Both the position numbers and the translations under genes were made by a program. A DNA stretch of 64,000 bases. Source: Felis catus (Eukaryota). Positions 37,784 to 51,278 of the stretch are shown here, one piece after another. Below the pieces are notes generated by a model. The model saw only the letters and a program-made list of their open reading frames with translations, did not search any database and was not told where the DNA came from. How positions within the stretch are numbered: position 1 is the first letter of the stretch; each line of letters begins with the position of its first letter. The DNA is taken from the NCBI RefSeq assembly GCF_018350175.1, contig NC_058368.1, positions 12,710,001 through 12,774,000 of the forward strand, written 5' to 3'.

Positions 37784-37998
37784 ATTTTTTTTAACATTTA
37801 TTTATTTTTGAGAGAGAGAGAGAGACAGAGTGTGAGCTGGGGAAGGGGCAGAGAAAGAGGGAGACACAGATTCCAAAGCAGGCTCCAGGCTCCAAGCTGT
37901 CAGCACAGAGCCTGGTGTGGGGCTTGAACTCACAAGCCATGAGATCATGACCTAAGCTGAAGTCAGATGCTCAACTGATTTAGCCACCCAGGTACCCC
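37784..37998 (-). mobile_element. SINEC_Fc in L1 ORF1
   Basis: perfect 18-bp TSD ggtttttgttgaatctaa at 37766-37783 and 38000-38017. Confidence 0.96.
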
Positions 37999-40900
37999 AG
38001 GTTTTTGTTGAATCTAATGGGAGTTCTATGTGCTTCTTGGGTTTTGAAGTCTGTGTCCTTCCCCAGATTAGGAAAGTTTTATGCTATAATTTTCTCACAT
38101 GAACTTTTGCTCCTTTTTCTCTCTCTTCATCTTCTGGGACTCCTACAATTTAGATATTTTTCCTTTTTAATAAGTCACTGAGTTCTCTAAGTCTTTTATC
38201 ATGCTCTTTTGCCCTTTCTTCCCTCTTTTTTTTCTGCTTCATTATACTCCATAATTTTGTCTTCTATACTGCTGATTCGCTGCTCTGCTTCATCCACCCT
38301 ATTTGAGATTGTATTTATCTCTATTTGAGATTGTCTATTTGAGATGTCTATCATCTATTTGAGATTGTATCTTGGTTATAGCATTTTTAATTTTGTCCTG
38401 ACTAGATTTTACTTCTTTCATCTCCACAGAAAGGGATTCTATGTTTTTTCAACCCAAGCTAATATTCTTATTATCACTGTTCTAAAATCTAGTTCAGACA
38501 ACTCACTTATGTCTGTGTTGATTAAGCCCCTGATTGTCATTTCTTCCTGTTCTTTCTTTTGAGGTGAATTCTTTCATTTTGTCATTTTGGAGGAAGAAAA
38601 AAATTAATAAAATAAAAATTAAAAAATTAAAAACAACATGAAAAATCAAATAAAGGAAGCTAGATCCTAGGGGTGCTTTGGTCTGCTTGCTGAAAGAAGC
38701 TTGATAGAATAGAGAAAAAAAGGAAAGAAAAGAAAGGAAAAAAAGATAAGAAAAAATTTAAAAATTAAAAAAATTACATAATGAAATAGAATAAAATGAA
38801 ACAAAGCAAATGAAATAGAATAAAAAATTTTAAAAATAAAGAATAAAGTAAAAAAACTTTAAAATTTTTTTAAATTAAAAAAAAGAATAGAAAAATAAAA
38901 ATTTTCTCTTTCTGTACCCAAGAAAAAGAAAGGAAAAAAAATTAAACATAAACAGAAGTAAAACAAAAAAAGACAAACTAATAAATGAACCCACAAACAG
39001 AATGAAACCTTAATGAAGTTACATCCAGTTTCCCCTAGAATTGAAAGTATGAAGCCCTCTACAGTCCATATACTAAGCAGGTGGAGGGACTTGTGTTGGT
39101 CTTCTAAGGGATGTGCTTGGAGGGCACATTTGGGTGAGGCTTGGTTTAGTGGCTCCATTCTCCACCAAGCTAGCTGGTGTTGCTTAGCTTACTGGAGTGG
39201 ATCAGTGTGCATGCACACATGTACTTGCATGGGAGAGGTAGAAATGGCTTCACCCAGATCCCTAGTCTCTGGCACAGGAACTTTGCGTTCTCACAGGCTT
39301 GTGATCAAGCACCACTCCTTTGTCCAAGGCCTCCATCTGCTCCCTGCCTCCACCCTGTCTGTGTCCAAGCCATCAGCCTACCCAGTGGCACCTCCTTCCA
39401 GAGTTTTATCTCAGATGGGGCTGTGTTTCAAAACCCCACACTTCAGAGACTCTGCAGACTGGATCCATGTGGACTCTCTGGGGGAGGGTCTTGATGAACA
39501 ATGGCCAGGTGCTCGCTTGCCCCAGAAAATGTTCCTGCGTTCATGCAGAGGCAGACGTTCAGAAATTATGGCAAATCACAACACACAGCCAGTGCCAGAT
39601 TTCACCGTACTCTGGAGTCTTTGTCTCAATACCAGCAAATGTGGCTGCTCTCTGGGTTCCACTGGGACTTTTGCCTGTGGGAAGGCCATATGGCCTCCAC
39701 CAAATGTTCTCCAAGCAGGGGAACCACTTCTCCCTGTGTGGCATACGGACCCCTCAGATTCTGCTATCTGCTCCTGGGGATTCACCCACTTTCCTCACCA
39801 GAGCACCACTAGGCACTGTGCTCCAGAATTTCCGACTCTGCACTCCACTGTTTATAGAATCCTAATGGTATTGAAACCCTCTCTTCCAGTCAGTGGTTTT
39901 GGGAAACAGATTTCTTGTTCAGCCTTTCTCTCTCTTTCTCTCCAGCTACTTTTGGGGGAGTGTTTTTCCTGCACTCTCCCGATGCACCACACTCTCCCCC
40001 TTTCTCTGTCTTCTCTCTGCAAAAACAGCTCCCTGCCCTCTGCAGCTTTTCTCTACCCCAGTTCACCTCTCCATACCACATACCTGCTGAGTTCTGTGGC
40101 TCAAGTTATGCATATTGTTGTGTTACTCCTCAGATCAATTTCCTAAGTTGAAAAATGGTTTGGTGCTGATCTAGCTGCATTTCAGGGTTGAGACAAGCTC
40201 AGGGTCTCCATACTGCTCTGCCATCTTTGGTCACCTCTTACTAGGGGCTGGAGGGAGGAGACATCTGGCTGTTCTTCCACATTCTGTCTGAAAATCAGGG
40301 ATTCTGTACCTGCTAGCTTCAATTTTGAGGTCTTAGCTAAAATTCTGAAAAGGAAATTAATCAACAGAGGAGCCTATTGGTAGAGAGCAGACAAATGTAG
40401 AACAGATAATATGAGTGAGAGCGAGAACAGCTAGAGAAAGAGACAAAGATGGAAAATGAGAGAGAGTATCAGGCCATAAAAGGGGGAGAGAAGTCGGTTC
40501 CTAAAGTCGACAGCTATAAGCTTTGCAGTTCCAGCTGCCCTCCCATTCCCTGGTTTAAATGACTAAACAAAATTACACTAGCAATTTACTTGAGGCAACT
40601 TTGGTGAATCACTGTTCCAAAGGCATAAAACAAAAACAATGAGAGTGCCTCCTGGAATACCCCACTTCTTCTCAAGTAATTTCTCTGGACACATCTGAGG
40701 GCAGCCATTCTCTCCCATACTGAGAGCTAAAAGAAGCACCCAGAACTCTGGAGACCTCCCCATTTGGTTATGTGAACTGCACCTGAGGTCAGACTTAAAA
40801 AAAAAAGCTGCTAACGAAATAGAAGGAAAAAAGAGTCATTTTCTGGCAAAAGGTATTTTAAGGTGCTCCCTGACAGTATCTGTAAAACCGGCTGAGTGAT

Positions 40901-41158
40901 TGGCCATCAAATTATTTCAGAGGATGTACAATATTCTCTATGCTGTGCACAACTTAAATATGGACTTTTCTTGGAATAATGACACTCAAATGTTCAGAAA
41001 TGGCTCCCATAGAACAATATGCATGTGATAGATATGCATTTGCATCATTCGAGAACAAAACCCTCAGATCAGAAATAGTAAATTGAAGCACATGGAGATT
41101 TTCTTTCTGCGGATAATCATGCCATAGCTTTATTACCAATACTCTGCATCTAGCTCTT

Positions 41159-41628
41159 TGTGGTAGACTGCTTGCAAAGATAGATGCAACAATCTTTTGC
41201 AATGTGACCTTGCCATTTCTTCCTTCAAGAGCTGAAGTCTGGTTCCCTTCCCCTTAACTCTTGGGAGGCACTGGGACTTGTGTTGAACAACAGAATGTGG
41301 CAAAAGTGGTGTCATATGATTTGCAATCCTCTGCTTCGAGAAGTCTTGAAGCTTCCTCCCCCTTGTGGCCCCAAGAATGGTTATCCTCCTTGAGGATGAA
41401 AGAGCATAGCAGGAGAGAGGCCTGGCTCACAGCCAGTACCAGTTTCCAGGCAGTGAGAATGTCTTGGGCAATCCCCTCATCCAACCAAGCTGCTAGATGA
41501 CTGAGTGTATTGGTCAAGACCAAGCACCAAAAGAACCACAGAACCCACAGAATTGCTAACCAAAAAAGAGTGTGTTCCAACTGCCAAATTGCAGGGGTTT
41601 TGTTACAAAGAAATAGATGAAAATTCAC
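41159..41628 (+). mobile_element. MaLR solo LTR (MLT1H-like)
   Basis: tgtggtagactg...tttgcaatgtgaccttgcca...aacagaatgtggcaaaagtg...ttttgttacaaagaaatagat. Confidence 0.75.
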
Positions 41629-42411
41629 ACAAGGGTATACCACTTTCCTTATCATGAGCAGGTAGTTTTTTGCCACTGTCCAGTAGGAACCAGGGTGGCC
41701 ATTGACGCAACTAGCCCACAGTACAATTGAAAAGGCTCATCTCACAGGGTTATCTTATTAGGAGCTTGTTGTTTTGAGACAACATTTTATTGTTAAGCAA
41801 TGTAATGAGCAGGAGTTCTCCCTAACGCTACAGGGAAGTGGCATTTCAGTGGGGTGGCAGTACTTGCTTTTTGGGTTGTTTCATATGTGAAAAAGTTTGC
41901 CTACAGGCATGCCTGGGGAGTGAAGGCAGACTTTTTAAAGCCAGGATATCACCTAAAATGGATCTTATTTGCATGTATCAGCAGTGACATCACACAGGGG
42001 TTTTCACTTTTCTTTCCCTTCTGCCAACGATTGCAACTAATTGAGAATTCTGTGACTGTTTCAGTTGGAAGATATTACACAGGACACACACATCTGAGTA
42101 ATGACTGACACCAGCTGCTGTCAGAGAGATGGTAGTGATTTTTCAAATTGACAAAAAGCTTATCAAAGCAAATGTAATGGGGGTTAAATACAATTGCAAG
42201 AATAAACCCCCCCATGTGATGACTTTGCATACACAAAGAGAGCATGTTCCAGGCGCATGGTCCTGTTCTTCTTCACTGAATACCTACACTGGAATGCCAC
42301 TGGTCCTGACCCGACTAATTTTCATCCCTGGGTAAGAAGAATAATCTCCATGCTATTCAAAACAATCTTAAAATGCAACATGGAAAAATAAACACCCTGT
42401 TGCTCTTGTTG

Positions 42412-42412
<1 letters not shown>

Positions 42413-42455
<43 letters not shown>
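42413..42455. repeat. (CT)n microsatellite
   Basis: direct read. Confidence 0.95.
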
Positions 42456-42458
<3 letters not shown>

Positions 42459-43614
42459 CCCCCTTGTAGGAGAAAACATTCTGCCTCATGTCCAGCAGAT
42501 GTTTGGAGAAGAGTACATTAAGCACTCATGGATTCCACATAAAGGAATCCAAGAACTCCAGGAAGTTCTGCCTAAAAATACTTCAAACTCCCACATATCT
42601 TGGCTATGAGTTTCTCAGCACCTGTCTTGGCTTTAGGGGACTTCTGTAATGGGAAAAGTTAGGCACAGCATCTCTGGGGATAAAAATGTTAGTGCTTAGC
42701 TTGTATTGGCATACAAACGATTTTGCTTTTGCAACAGGGGATGAGACACAGGCACCAGGGCCACGATTTTGCACCTTTTGAAATCATACTCAAGCTTGAT
42801 TTAAAAAAAATTAATTTTAGATCAACTGTTAAGTGTTCCAAAATTCTAGCCAAAGGGCGGGAAGGGAGAGGTGCTGAGATACTACATTCTCACAGAACTC
42901 TAAACAGTGAAATGTTACACGCAAGTGCTTTCAAAACAAAAAAAGTATCATCCAATACAATGATTTATTTATTTGTTGACTTTTAAACAAAACTTTGTAA
43001 GAGCAATAATTTCATGGGCAAAATAATTATATAGTGAAGTATATTCAATATTTACAGTTACAAGCAGCTCCCATAGTACCCTTGACTCAATTATAACCAG
43101 TCCAGGATGAGAATCTAGTAGCTCAGATCCTAAGTGGCCATTCAGAAGCCCCCTGTTCTTCCCTAGCCTAAGAAATTATTTGGTCTAAATCATGTAGTTT
43201 GTCTCTAGGAATGGATCAAACAATTCAAATAATTACCCAAACTCATTTTTTTTATAGTGATAACGACAGTCCTATTACCAGGAAACTGTCATCAAGGACC
43301 TTGAACAACAAGCCTGATATATCTAGAATCATGATGTGATTGTGTACTCAAGATGATGTAAAAGGGAAAGATCTAGCGAAGGTTTTGATCCTACAGAATT
43401 CAGTCTTAGCATCTGGCAAAATAGTATCCAAAAGCTTTTCCTGACATGTGGACATCTTCATTATTTTCATTGTATTGTATATTTAGTCAGGTATACAGTG
43501 AACATATTTATTTCTTTAATATAGTGTCATCTCATATGGGGAATGATAAGAGGACTCTTCTAAGATGTAAAAGACAAGATTGGTTCATCTGCTATGTGAT
43601 CTTAGGGAAATAAA

Positions 43615-44060
43615 ACCAAGCTGACATTTATTAAAGGCTCATTCTGTGAAAGGAGCTTACAGAGTACTTTTAAGCCAAGTTTTATTTTAATCTTTTCAAC
43701 AGTCCCAATAGGCAGTATTATCTCTATTTCCAAATGCAGAAACCAAGTCTCTCGGTAAGTGACTTGCCCAGGCTCATCAGCTGATGAACAGAGGCAGGAT
43801 TTGAATCCATGTCTTTCAGACTCCAGAGCTCATGCTCTTACCTGCTTCAGTGAGATCTAGTGTCAGCAGTTCTGGGGTCAAACCTCAGCTCTGCCACTAA
43901 TCAACTGGGTAGACTTGGAAGTTACTTAACTTCTGTGTGCTCTCATTTTCTGCTTGTAATATAGGAAGGATACTATTTAGACCAGAATACTGGGAAGATT
44001 AAATTGGACATAATATGGAAAGGGTTTCCCACGAGGAGTCCTTAAGTAAAGGTTAGTTCC
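43615..44060. mobile_element. two adjacent MIRs (minus ~43615-43850, plus ~43860-44060)
   Basis: gtaagtgacttgcccagg...ggatttgaatcc...gactccagagctcatgctctta; then ctcagctctgccacta...gttacttaacttctgtgtgc. Confidence 0.65.
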
Positions 44061-44389
44061 TTCACTTTCTTCCTTGCCTGGGCCTCAGTTTCCCCCTCTG
44101 TCCATTAAGGAAGGCCTTAGAGCTATAGAGACTTCGGAAAGCAGCGGGTGTAGTTTCGATTTATAGGTAAGAAAACTAAGACCGAGAGAAGAAGGGACCT
44201 ACCTCAAATTACAGCTAGTTAGTGAGTAGTTTGTTTTCTCATAGTAGTCATTTTTATTTTGTTGCTGGAATGAGATTCAGATGTAGTTTAATCAAACCAT
44301 CTAGAATCCAGATAACCTAGATTCTAGGTAATTTGCAAAATTCTACTTATTGTATTTTGTTTGTTTTTGGATTTTGGTCCAGGCTACCT

Positions 44390-44790
44390 AATGCATTTAC
44401 TGCATATATGCTACTGTATAAAAGGGCATTCATCGTTGTGCTCTCAGTCTGAAATGCACTTCTCCTGACTTTTCCTGGCTCCTCCTCATCTTTCAGGTCT
44501 AAGCTCAAATGCGACCTCCTCGAGCAGCGTTTGCTGGGAGTCTTAATCACGCCTCCCTTCCCACCTCAGCCAATCACTTTCCATCATGTCATCTTGTGTA
44601 TTTCCTGAGAGGCAATTAACGCAATCTGTAATTACCGTGTTTACAATTAACCTGTTTACTGTTCCTCTGGCTACACCAGAACATAAATACCATGAAAAGG
44701 AGCTCTTCAGCATTTGTTTCATTTTGGTACCCCAGCCCTAAGTCCAAACCTGACACCTCATAGGCTCAAAGAACTGCTGGGTGAATGAAC
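44390..44790 (+). mobile_element. L2 3' region
   Basis: tcatctttcaggtctaagctcaaatgcgacctcctc...ccccagcccta...taggctcaa...gtgaatgaa. Confidence 0.7.
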
Positions 44791-46122
44791 ATCTCTGCTC
44801 ACCTAACCATCCACCTCCCACTCATACATCAATCCACCCATCCATCAATTTTCCTCAAAAGATCTAAAACACTTCAAAATACAAATGATGGCTTGATAAT
44901 TTAGGTTTCAAATGAACAAATAAATATATAATTGGCCTGGGTGGTGAGGGTAAAGAGGTCACAAATGAAACCCCTGTCTCATTCAAATAGAAAGGGAAGC
45001 CAGCACATTCAACTACCATGAATGACTGACTTTAAAATACTTAATCAGAACCAATACGAATTTTTAAAACCTTGGTAATTAATACAAGCAGGAATAGTCA
45101 TGAAATACAGCTTGCCTGAAGTTTTATTTTTAGCACAGAAGTTTTTAATTCCTTAGAAACATTCTGCCAGGAAAGTTTCATGTTCCTTTTTCTCCTAGTC
45201 ACAGAAATTACTCCCTGCCACTTGAGTGCCAAATCTGGAGACTCACATTAAGTGACTTGCAGCCTCAACTGCCGTTATGGGGATGAAGAATAGCACCACC
45301 TCTCTTCCATTTCCCCAGTAGGTGTTTCTTATTTGGCTCTACACCTGAATATGAAATGAGTCCAATTAAAAAAAAATCCTTTTAATGCTGTAAGCTTTTG
45401 GGCATTTGTTTTTCCCTCTTTACCCTAGAGAACTCTGAGGATTGAATTCTTAGAGTAAACGTTATTCTAAAGAAGAATGTAGGTAAAAATAAAATTCAGT
45501 AATGGGCACTGCAGAAATAAGATAGAAGAATGTGACAGATGGAGTGGATTATACCAAGGATAATTTTGAACTCGTTCATCTTCATAAATATTGGCTTTTG
45601 TCACAAGTTTACTGAACAACTTTCTTGTGTTTTTTTTAAGAAGTCAGGTATATAGCAAGAAACAGAGTTTTAGAGAGAGGATATAGATCTTTTTTCATAA
45701 TAACATAATGTGATCTTTATCACTGACTACTTTGGGTACACACAGGAGTCTCATAATTGCTACTGTTTCAAACCATTCCCCAACACACTTTCTTTCAAGA
45801 ATAAAAGTGCATGCACCAAAAGATATTTCACTAAAAGTGAAATATCTAGAAAATAAAATTTAAGCTTGGTACAACTCTTTAGATATACTAAGATTCAATG
45901 TATCAAAATGAGCACTAATATTCCAGTTTGGATGGGCTAATTCCATGCCATGCCTCTAATCCAAGCATAATAATTACTAGCCCCTCCTTTCACTCAGAAG
46001 TATCTGGCTTAGACAACAAATTATATGATATGATCACCCTAACAATAGTCACTCAACTTTGAGATATTTTGGTAAAGAAGCAGTGTCTTTCTAATCTCTT
46101 TCCCCAAAGTCTAACATCATGT

Positions 46123-46608
46123 CTGGTATAGGTTTAAGATGGATAATAAATTCTTGATATTGCTCTCAATTGGAGGTGGGCTCTAGTTCCCTTTTTCTTG
46201 ATTCTTGGCCAGTCTCTGACTACTTTGGCCACTACAGTATGTTGGAAGTGATTCAATGTCCATTTCAAGCCCAGCTTTCACCTTCTTTCTGGATTTCTGA
46301 AACAGTCTTAAGAAATCCGTCAACTCTGCTAAACAAAGTATGTGGACAGAGAATGGGAAAGGGGCCCTGCTGAACCACCTTCTACTTACTTCACCCACCA
46401 AGGCATCAGGCATGTGGGTGAAGCCATCTTGGACCTTCCAGAGCAGATCAGCTAGCAGCTGATACAAATGAGGGACTCAGTGTCACCATGTTGAATATAA
46501 TACTCAGCTGAGCCTTAAATTCCTGACCCAAAAAATTGTGAGATAGAATAAAATTGTTATTGTTTTAGGCCACCATAGATTTGTTTTACAACAATGAAAA
46601 ATCAAAAC
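46123..46608 (+). mobile_element. MaLR solo LTR (MLT1G/H-like)
   Basis: ggaggtgggctctagttccc...caggcatgtgggtgaagccatcttggaccttccag...aaattcctgaccc...tgttattgttttaggccac. Confidence 0.75.
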
Positions 46609-47099
46609 AATGACCCTCAATAAATATTTCTAGAGCTGAATTAAGCAAAATGCCCCAACATTTGGACATTTGGGGCTATGCTATTGATATTATCTCTCCT
46701 CAGCTCCAGCTCCACATAATTAGATAAAAGATCTGCATACAAGATAAAAATGAAAGACAATGATGTCTATAATTTAGCTTAATGTTTTTGGGTCAAGTTA
46801 ATATTTTGGTGAAGACTAATTTAAGTAACAATTTAATAATTGCATATGTGATAAAATCACATTTGTATTATGGACAATGATAAACCACAATTTCCAGATT
46901 TCTAAACAATAATTGTCAATAAAAGTTATTCTGTAGTCATTTATAACACTCAGTTAACAATTTTCTCCTCACATAGGTACTAAAAGTAACACTCATAACA
47001 GTTTCATGGTTCATTGGATATAAAAACACATGTATTCCCCAATTATTCTTATCTTCAACATCAATTTAATGGGGCACAAAAAATTTTGCATTAGTAGCA

Positions 47100-47300
47100 C
47101 CCAATTTAGAGTCAGTTACACTTGATTTCTAATCCCAGAAAATCACTTATTGGATGATGTTGGGCAAGTTACTACATTTCTTTGAGCTTTGGTTCCTTCA
47201 TCTGTGGATTGGGAATAGTAATAGCATCTCCAAGAGTTGTAGGGCGGGTTTAAAGAGACAAAAGATTTGTCCAATATCTGGTATCTAGTTGCAATAGTAA
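47100..47300 (+). mobile_element. MIR
   Basis: ttgggcaagttact...tctttgagctttggttccttcatctgt...gggaatagtaatagcatc. Confidence 0.65.
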
Positions 47301-47349
47301 CTTTTTTTTTTAAGATAGTACTAGTTGTGTCTTTAATTTATGCTGTCAA

Positions 47350-49085
47350 AAAGAAAAAAATGCTTAGAAGTAAATTTAACAAAAGTTGTGTATGACATCT
47401 ACACTGCAAACAGAACACCTCACTGAAAGAGGTTAAAGCCGATAGCCATCTCTTGTTCATGGACTGGAAGACCTAGTGTCATTAAGATCGCAATACTTCT
47501 CAAAATTAATCCACAGACTCAGTGCAATCCTTAACAAAACCCAAGCTGCCTATTCTGCAGAAATTGTCAGGCTGATTTTAAAATTCATAAGAAAATGCAA
47601 ATGACCCTGAATAAGTCAAAACAATCTTCAGGAAGAAGAACAAACTCACAGGACTTATTGATTTTAAAACTTATTACAAACCTACAGTAATCAAAAAAAT
47701 GTGCTACTGGAATAGTAATAGACGTATAGACCAATAGAATAGAAGTAAGTGCAAATATAAACCCATACATCTATGATCAACTGCTTTTTGATGGAGGTGC
47801 TAAGACTATTCAGTGAGGAAAGAATAGTGTTTTCAATAAACGTAGGTGGGACAACTGGATATCCACATGAAAAGAATGAAGTTATAACTTACCTTATATC
47901 ATATGCAAAAATTAACTCAAAATGGGTCAAACACCTAGATGCAAGAGGTAACATTATAAAACTCTAGGAAAAAAACAAAGGGGAAAATTATGTCCTCGGA
48001 TTAAGCAACAGATCCTTAGGTATCTGAAGCACAGGCAGCAAAAAAAAAAAAAAGAGATAAATTGGACTTCATCTAAATTAAGAACTTTTGTTCTGCCAAG
48101 GGTACTCTCAAGAAAGCAAAAAGATAAATCACAACATTGGGGGAAATATTTGTAAATCACAATCTGATAAGAGATTGGAATTCAGAATACATGAAAAAAC
48201 ACTTAAAACTCAACAATAAAAGGGAGACAACCAAATTTTAAAATGGGCAAAGTATTTGAATAGGCTTTTCTCCAAAGGAAGATATGTAACTGTCCAACAT
48301 GCACATGAAAAGATGCTCAACCTCATTAGTCATTAGGGAAATGTAAATCAAAGCTTTTCCCAGTAAGATACCACTCCCCATTCATTAAGATGACTATAGT
48401 AAAAAAGACAGACAAACAAGTGTTGGCAGGATGTGGAGAAATTGGAACTCACATACATTGCTGGTAGGTTAGTAAAATGGTGTAGCCGCTCTGGAAAAAC
48501 GGTTTGGCAGAGTTCTCATATGACCCAGTAATTCCATTCTTATATATACAAACAAGAGAAATGAAAACATGTCCATACAAAAATGTGTACATGAATGTTC
48601 ATTATTGTCAAAAAGTAGAAATAATCCAAATACTCATTACCTGATGAATTGATAAATAAAATGTGATATATATTCATATAACAGAATTATTATTCAATGG
48701 TTACAAAGGAATGAAGCACTGATAAATGCTACCACATGGATGAACCCTGAAGACATTATGTTGTGTTAAAGAAGCCAGATACAAAAGCCTACATATTGTA
48801 TGATTCCATTTATATGAAATGTCCAGAAGAGGCAAATCCATAGACACAGAGAATAGATGGGTAGTTGCCAGGGGCTGGGGAAGGTGAGAATGGAGAGTGC
48901 CTCCTAATGAGTATGGGGTTTCTTCTTGGGGTAATGAAAATGTTCTAGAATTAGCAGTGATGACTTAACAATATCGCAGGAATTCTAAAACCACAGAATT
49001 ACATACTTTAAAAGGGGTGAATTTGATAATATGTGAATTATATCTCAAAAATGCAATAGAATAAGATAGAAAGTTAAAATAAAAT
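47350..49085 (+). mobile_element. 5'-truncated L1MB
   Basis: ORF2 C-terminal part and L1MB 3'UTR (gaggcaaatccatagacacaga...gttgccaggggctgggg...tgaaaatgttctagaatt...gtgaattatatctcaa). Confidence 0.88.
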
Positions 49086-49954
49086 TTATTGAACATTAAA
49101 ACAGGTAAATTTGTGTGAAGAATTCTACCCATGGTGCAAAAGCTGTTAGGGTAATTCATGATTTTACCTTTGTTAGTCAAAAGTGAAAGTTTTGGAAGCA
49201 CTTCTGCCTGAATTTTGCATATCACTAAGTTTGCTGCAGCTGATTGAAGGGAAGGAGGCTTTGATGGAGAGAATACTACTACAGAGTCAGACTTTGTGGC
49301 TTCTTGTTCTACCTTGCATACCCACCCTGTGGTCCTTGACAAGTCATGGCAAGACTCATTTATAAAAGAGACTCTTTGTAAAAGGGACTTTTTGCCCTGT
49401 CTCTAGCCCCCTGAAGCAATGCTGAGAATGAGGGTACACAAAATAACTGCATGGCATTTTATAATTCTGTGTGCTTTAGAGATAGAAATTTATAATAGGA
49501 ATAGAAAATGGAAAATTTCTTATAATTGACTTTAACAGGGCAAGCAGACCTAATCTCTAATGTCTTTCTAAATTCAGATGTGATTGTTAGCAAGAGGTTA
49601 ACTTGAATTTAAATGTTATTTTATAGTAGATAAACAACAATAATAAACTTTCCTTTTGATTGCATGAACTAAAATTCTGGCTAAGTATTATGCAATTGAA
49701 ATCAGGCTTGCAACAATGGATAGTTCCTTCAGAGAAGAAATGTATTTATTGGCAAGATTTGATGGTATTTTTCCATACCAAATTTACTATATCAATCCAG
49801 GAAGCTAACATATTACAGTCATCATTTAATGACATGAAAGTCTATAGTAAATGGAGACTTTGCAAATTACTGCTATGCTCTCAAATGAAAACATCCTTAG
49901 TCTCTCCCTTCTCTAGCCCATTCCAGCCCTAATCTCCCCAGGTGGGAGTAATCT

Positions 49955-49956
<2 letters not shown>

Positions 49957-50006
<50 letters not shown>
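49957..50006. repeat. (GT)n microsatellite
   Basis: direct read. Confidence 0.97.
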
Positions 50007-50008
<2 letters not shown>

Positions 50009-50789
50009 AAGCACCTGACACATTTTATTTCACCTACTTATGCCTATGTACTGGTCCCACTCTCCCAAGAACTTTCCCTAGAGCACTCAACCCTGCCGCT
50101 CTCCGGTGAAGGTCTTGGGTGTAAACATGTTAGGACATGTTCACCCCCTGGGTGATAGAAATTACAAGGTCTATTTAGCTCAAAAATATGCTTAACATAT
50201 GAGTCCATCACCCTTGCACATCTGTTCATTCATTCCACAAATATTTATTCAGTGCCTGCTAAGTGCCCAGCCCTGTGTAGGAGCTATGTATTCAATGCTG
50301 CAGAAGTAGCCACACACCTCACAGGATTACTAGGAAAAGAAGACCAGTAAGTAGTAAGACATGTGTTAAAATACTGGAAGCACAAGAAGATATCAAAACA
50401 TACAGCAGAGACTCTAAAACTGCAGATTTAAAGTTCAACTAATAATGTGTAGAAAATATGCAGATATTCAAAACTTTTCCCTGACCTGCTTGGGGGGATA
50501 TTCTGGGGAAGATTACGGGTTATTTAACTTATTCTTACAACACAGGCATAGAAACTTCCTTTAGAATTCTTAATTTGCTTTGAAAGTTTTAGATGTGACT
50601 GTCTAAAGGTCACCTTGCCTCCTCACTTTATATATGCAAACGTTCCATAATATTTTGATGTAAATAGTTGAGCCAGCCTCTTAGAGAAGTCCAATATCAT
50701 GTGAAAGATTTCTCCAACCTACTTATGTCAGCAAGTCCCCTATAGTTTCTAATCACTGTATTTTTTCTGTAAAAAATATATATAGTATA

Positions 50790-51278
50790 TATTTTTATGT
50801 GGTAAAATATATAAAACATAACATTTACCATTTTAGCCATTTTTAAGCATATAGTTCAGTGACACTAAATACATTCACATTGTTGCGTGACCATCACCAC
50901 CATCCATCCACAGAGCTTTTTCATCTTCCCAAACTGAAACTCTGTCCCCTCTAAACACTAACTCCCCATTTCCTCCTCCCTAGCCCGCAGCAACCACCAT
51001 TCTGCTGTCTCTATGAATTTGACTACTCTAGTAACTTCTATAAGTAGAATCACACAATGTTTGTCCTTTTGTCAAGTGTCTTATTCTACTTAGCATAATG
51101 TCTTCAAGTTTCATCTGTATTGTAGCATATTGCATGATTTCATTCCTTTTTAAGGCCGCATCATATTCAGTTGTACATATACCATGTTTTGTGTGTCCAT
51201 TCATCAGTTGATGGACATTTGAGTTGTTTCCCCCCTTTGGTATTGTGAGTTATGATGCTATGAACAAAAGTGTACAAA
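50790..51278 (-). mobile_element. L1MB 3' fragment
   Basis: atttaccattttagccatttttaag...acattcacattgttg...catcaccaccatccatc...gatggacatttgagttgtttc. Confidence 0.88.

Larger units (their letters stand above)
33047..40228 (-). mobile_element. near full-length carnivore L1 (inactive; ORF2 fragmented, internal deletion)
   Basis: ORF2 peptides [54 protein letters not shown]; 5' end aagatggcagagcagtatgg (YY1-type); perfect TSD ctttggtcacctctta at 33031-33046 and 40225-40240. Confidence 0.96.
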
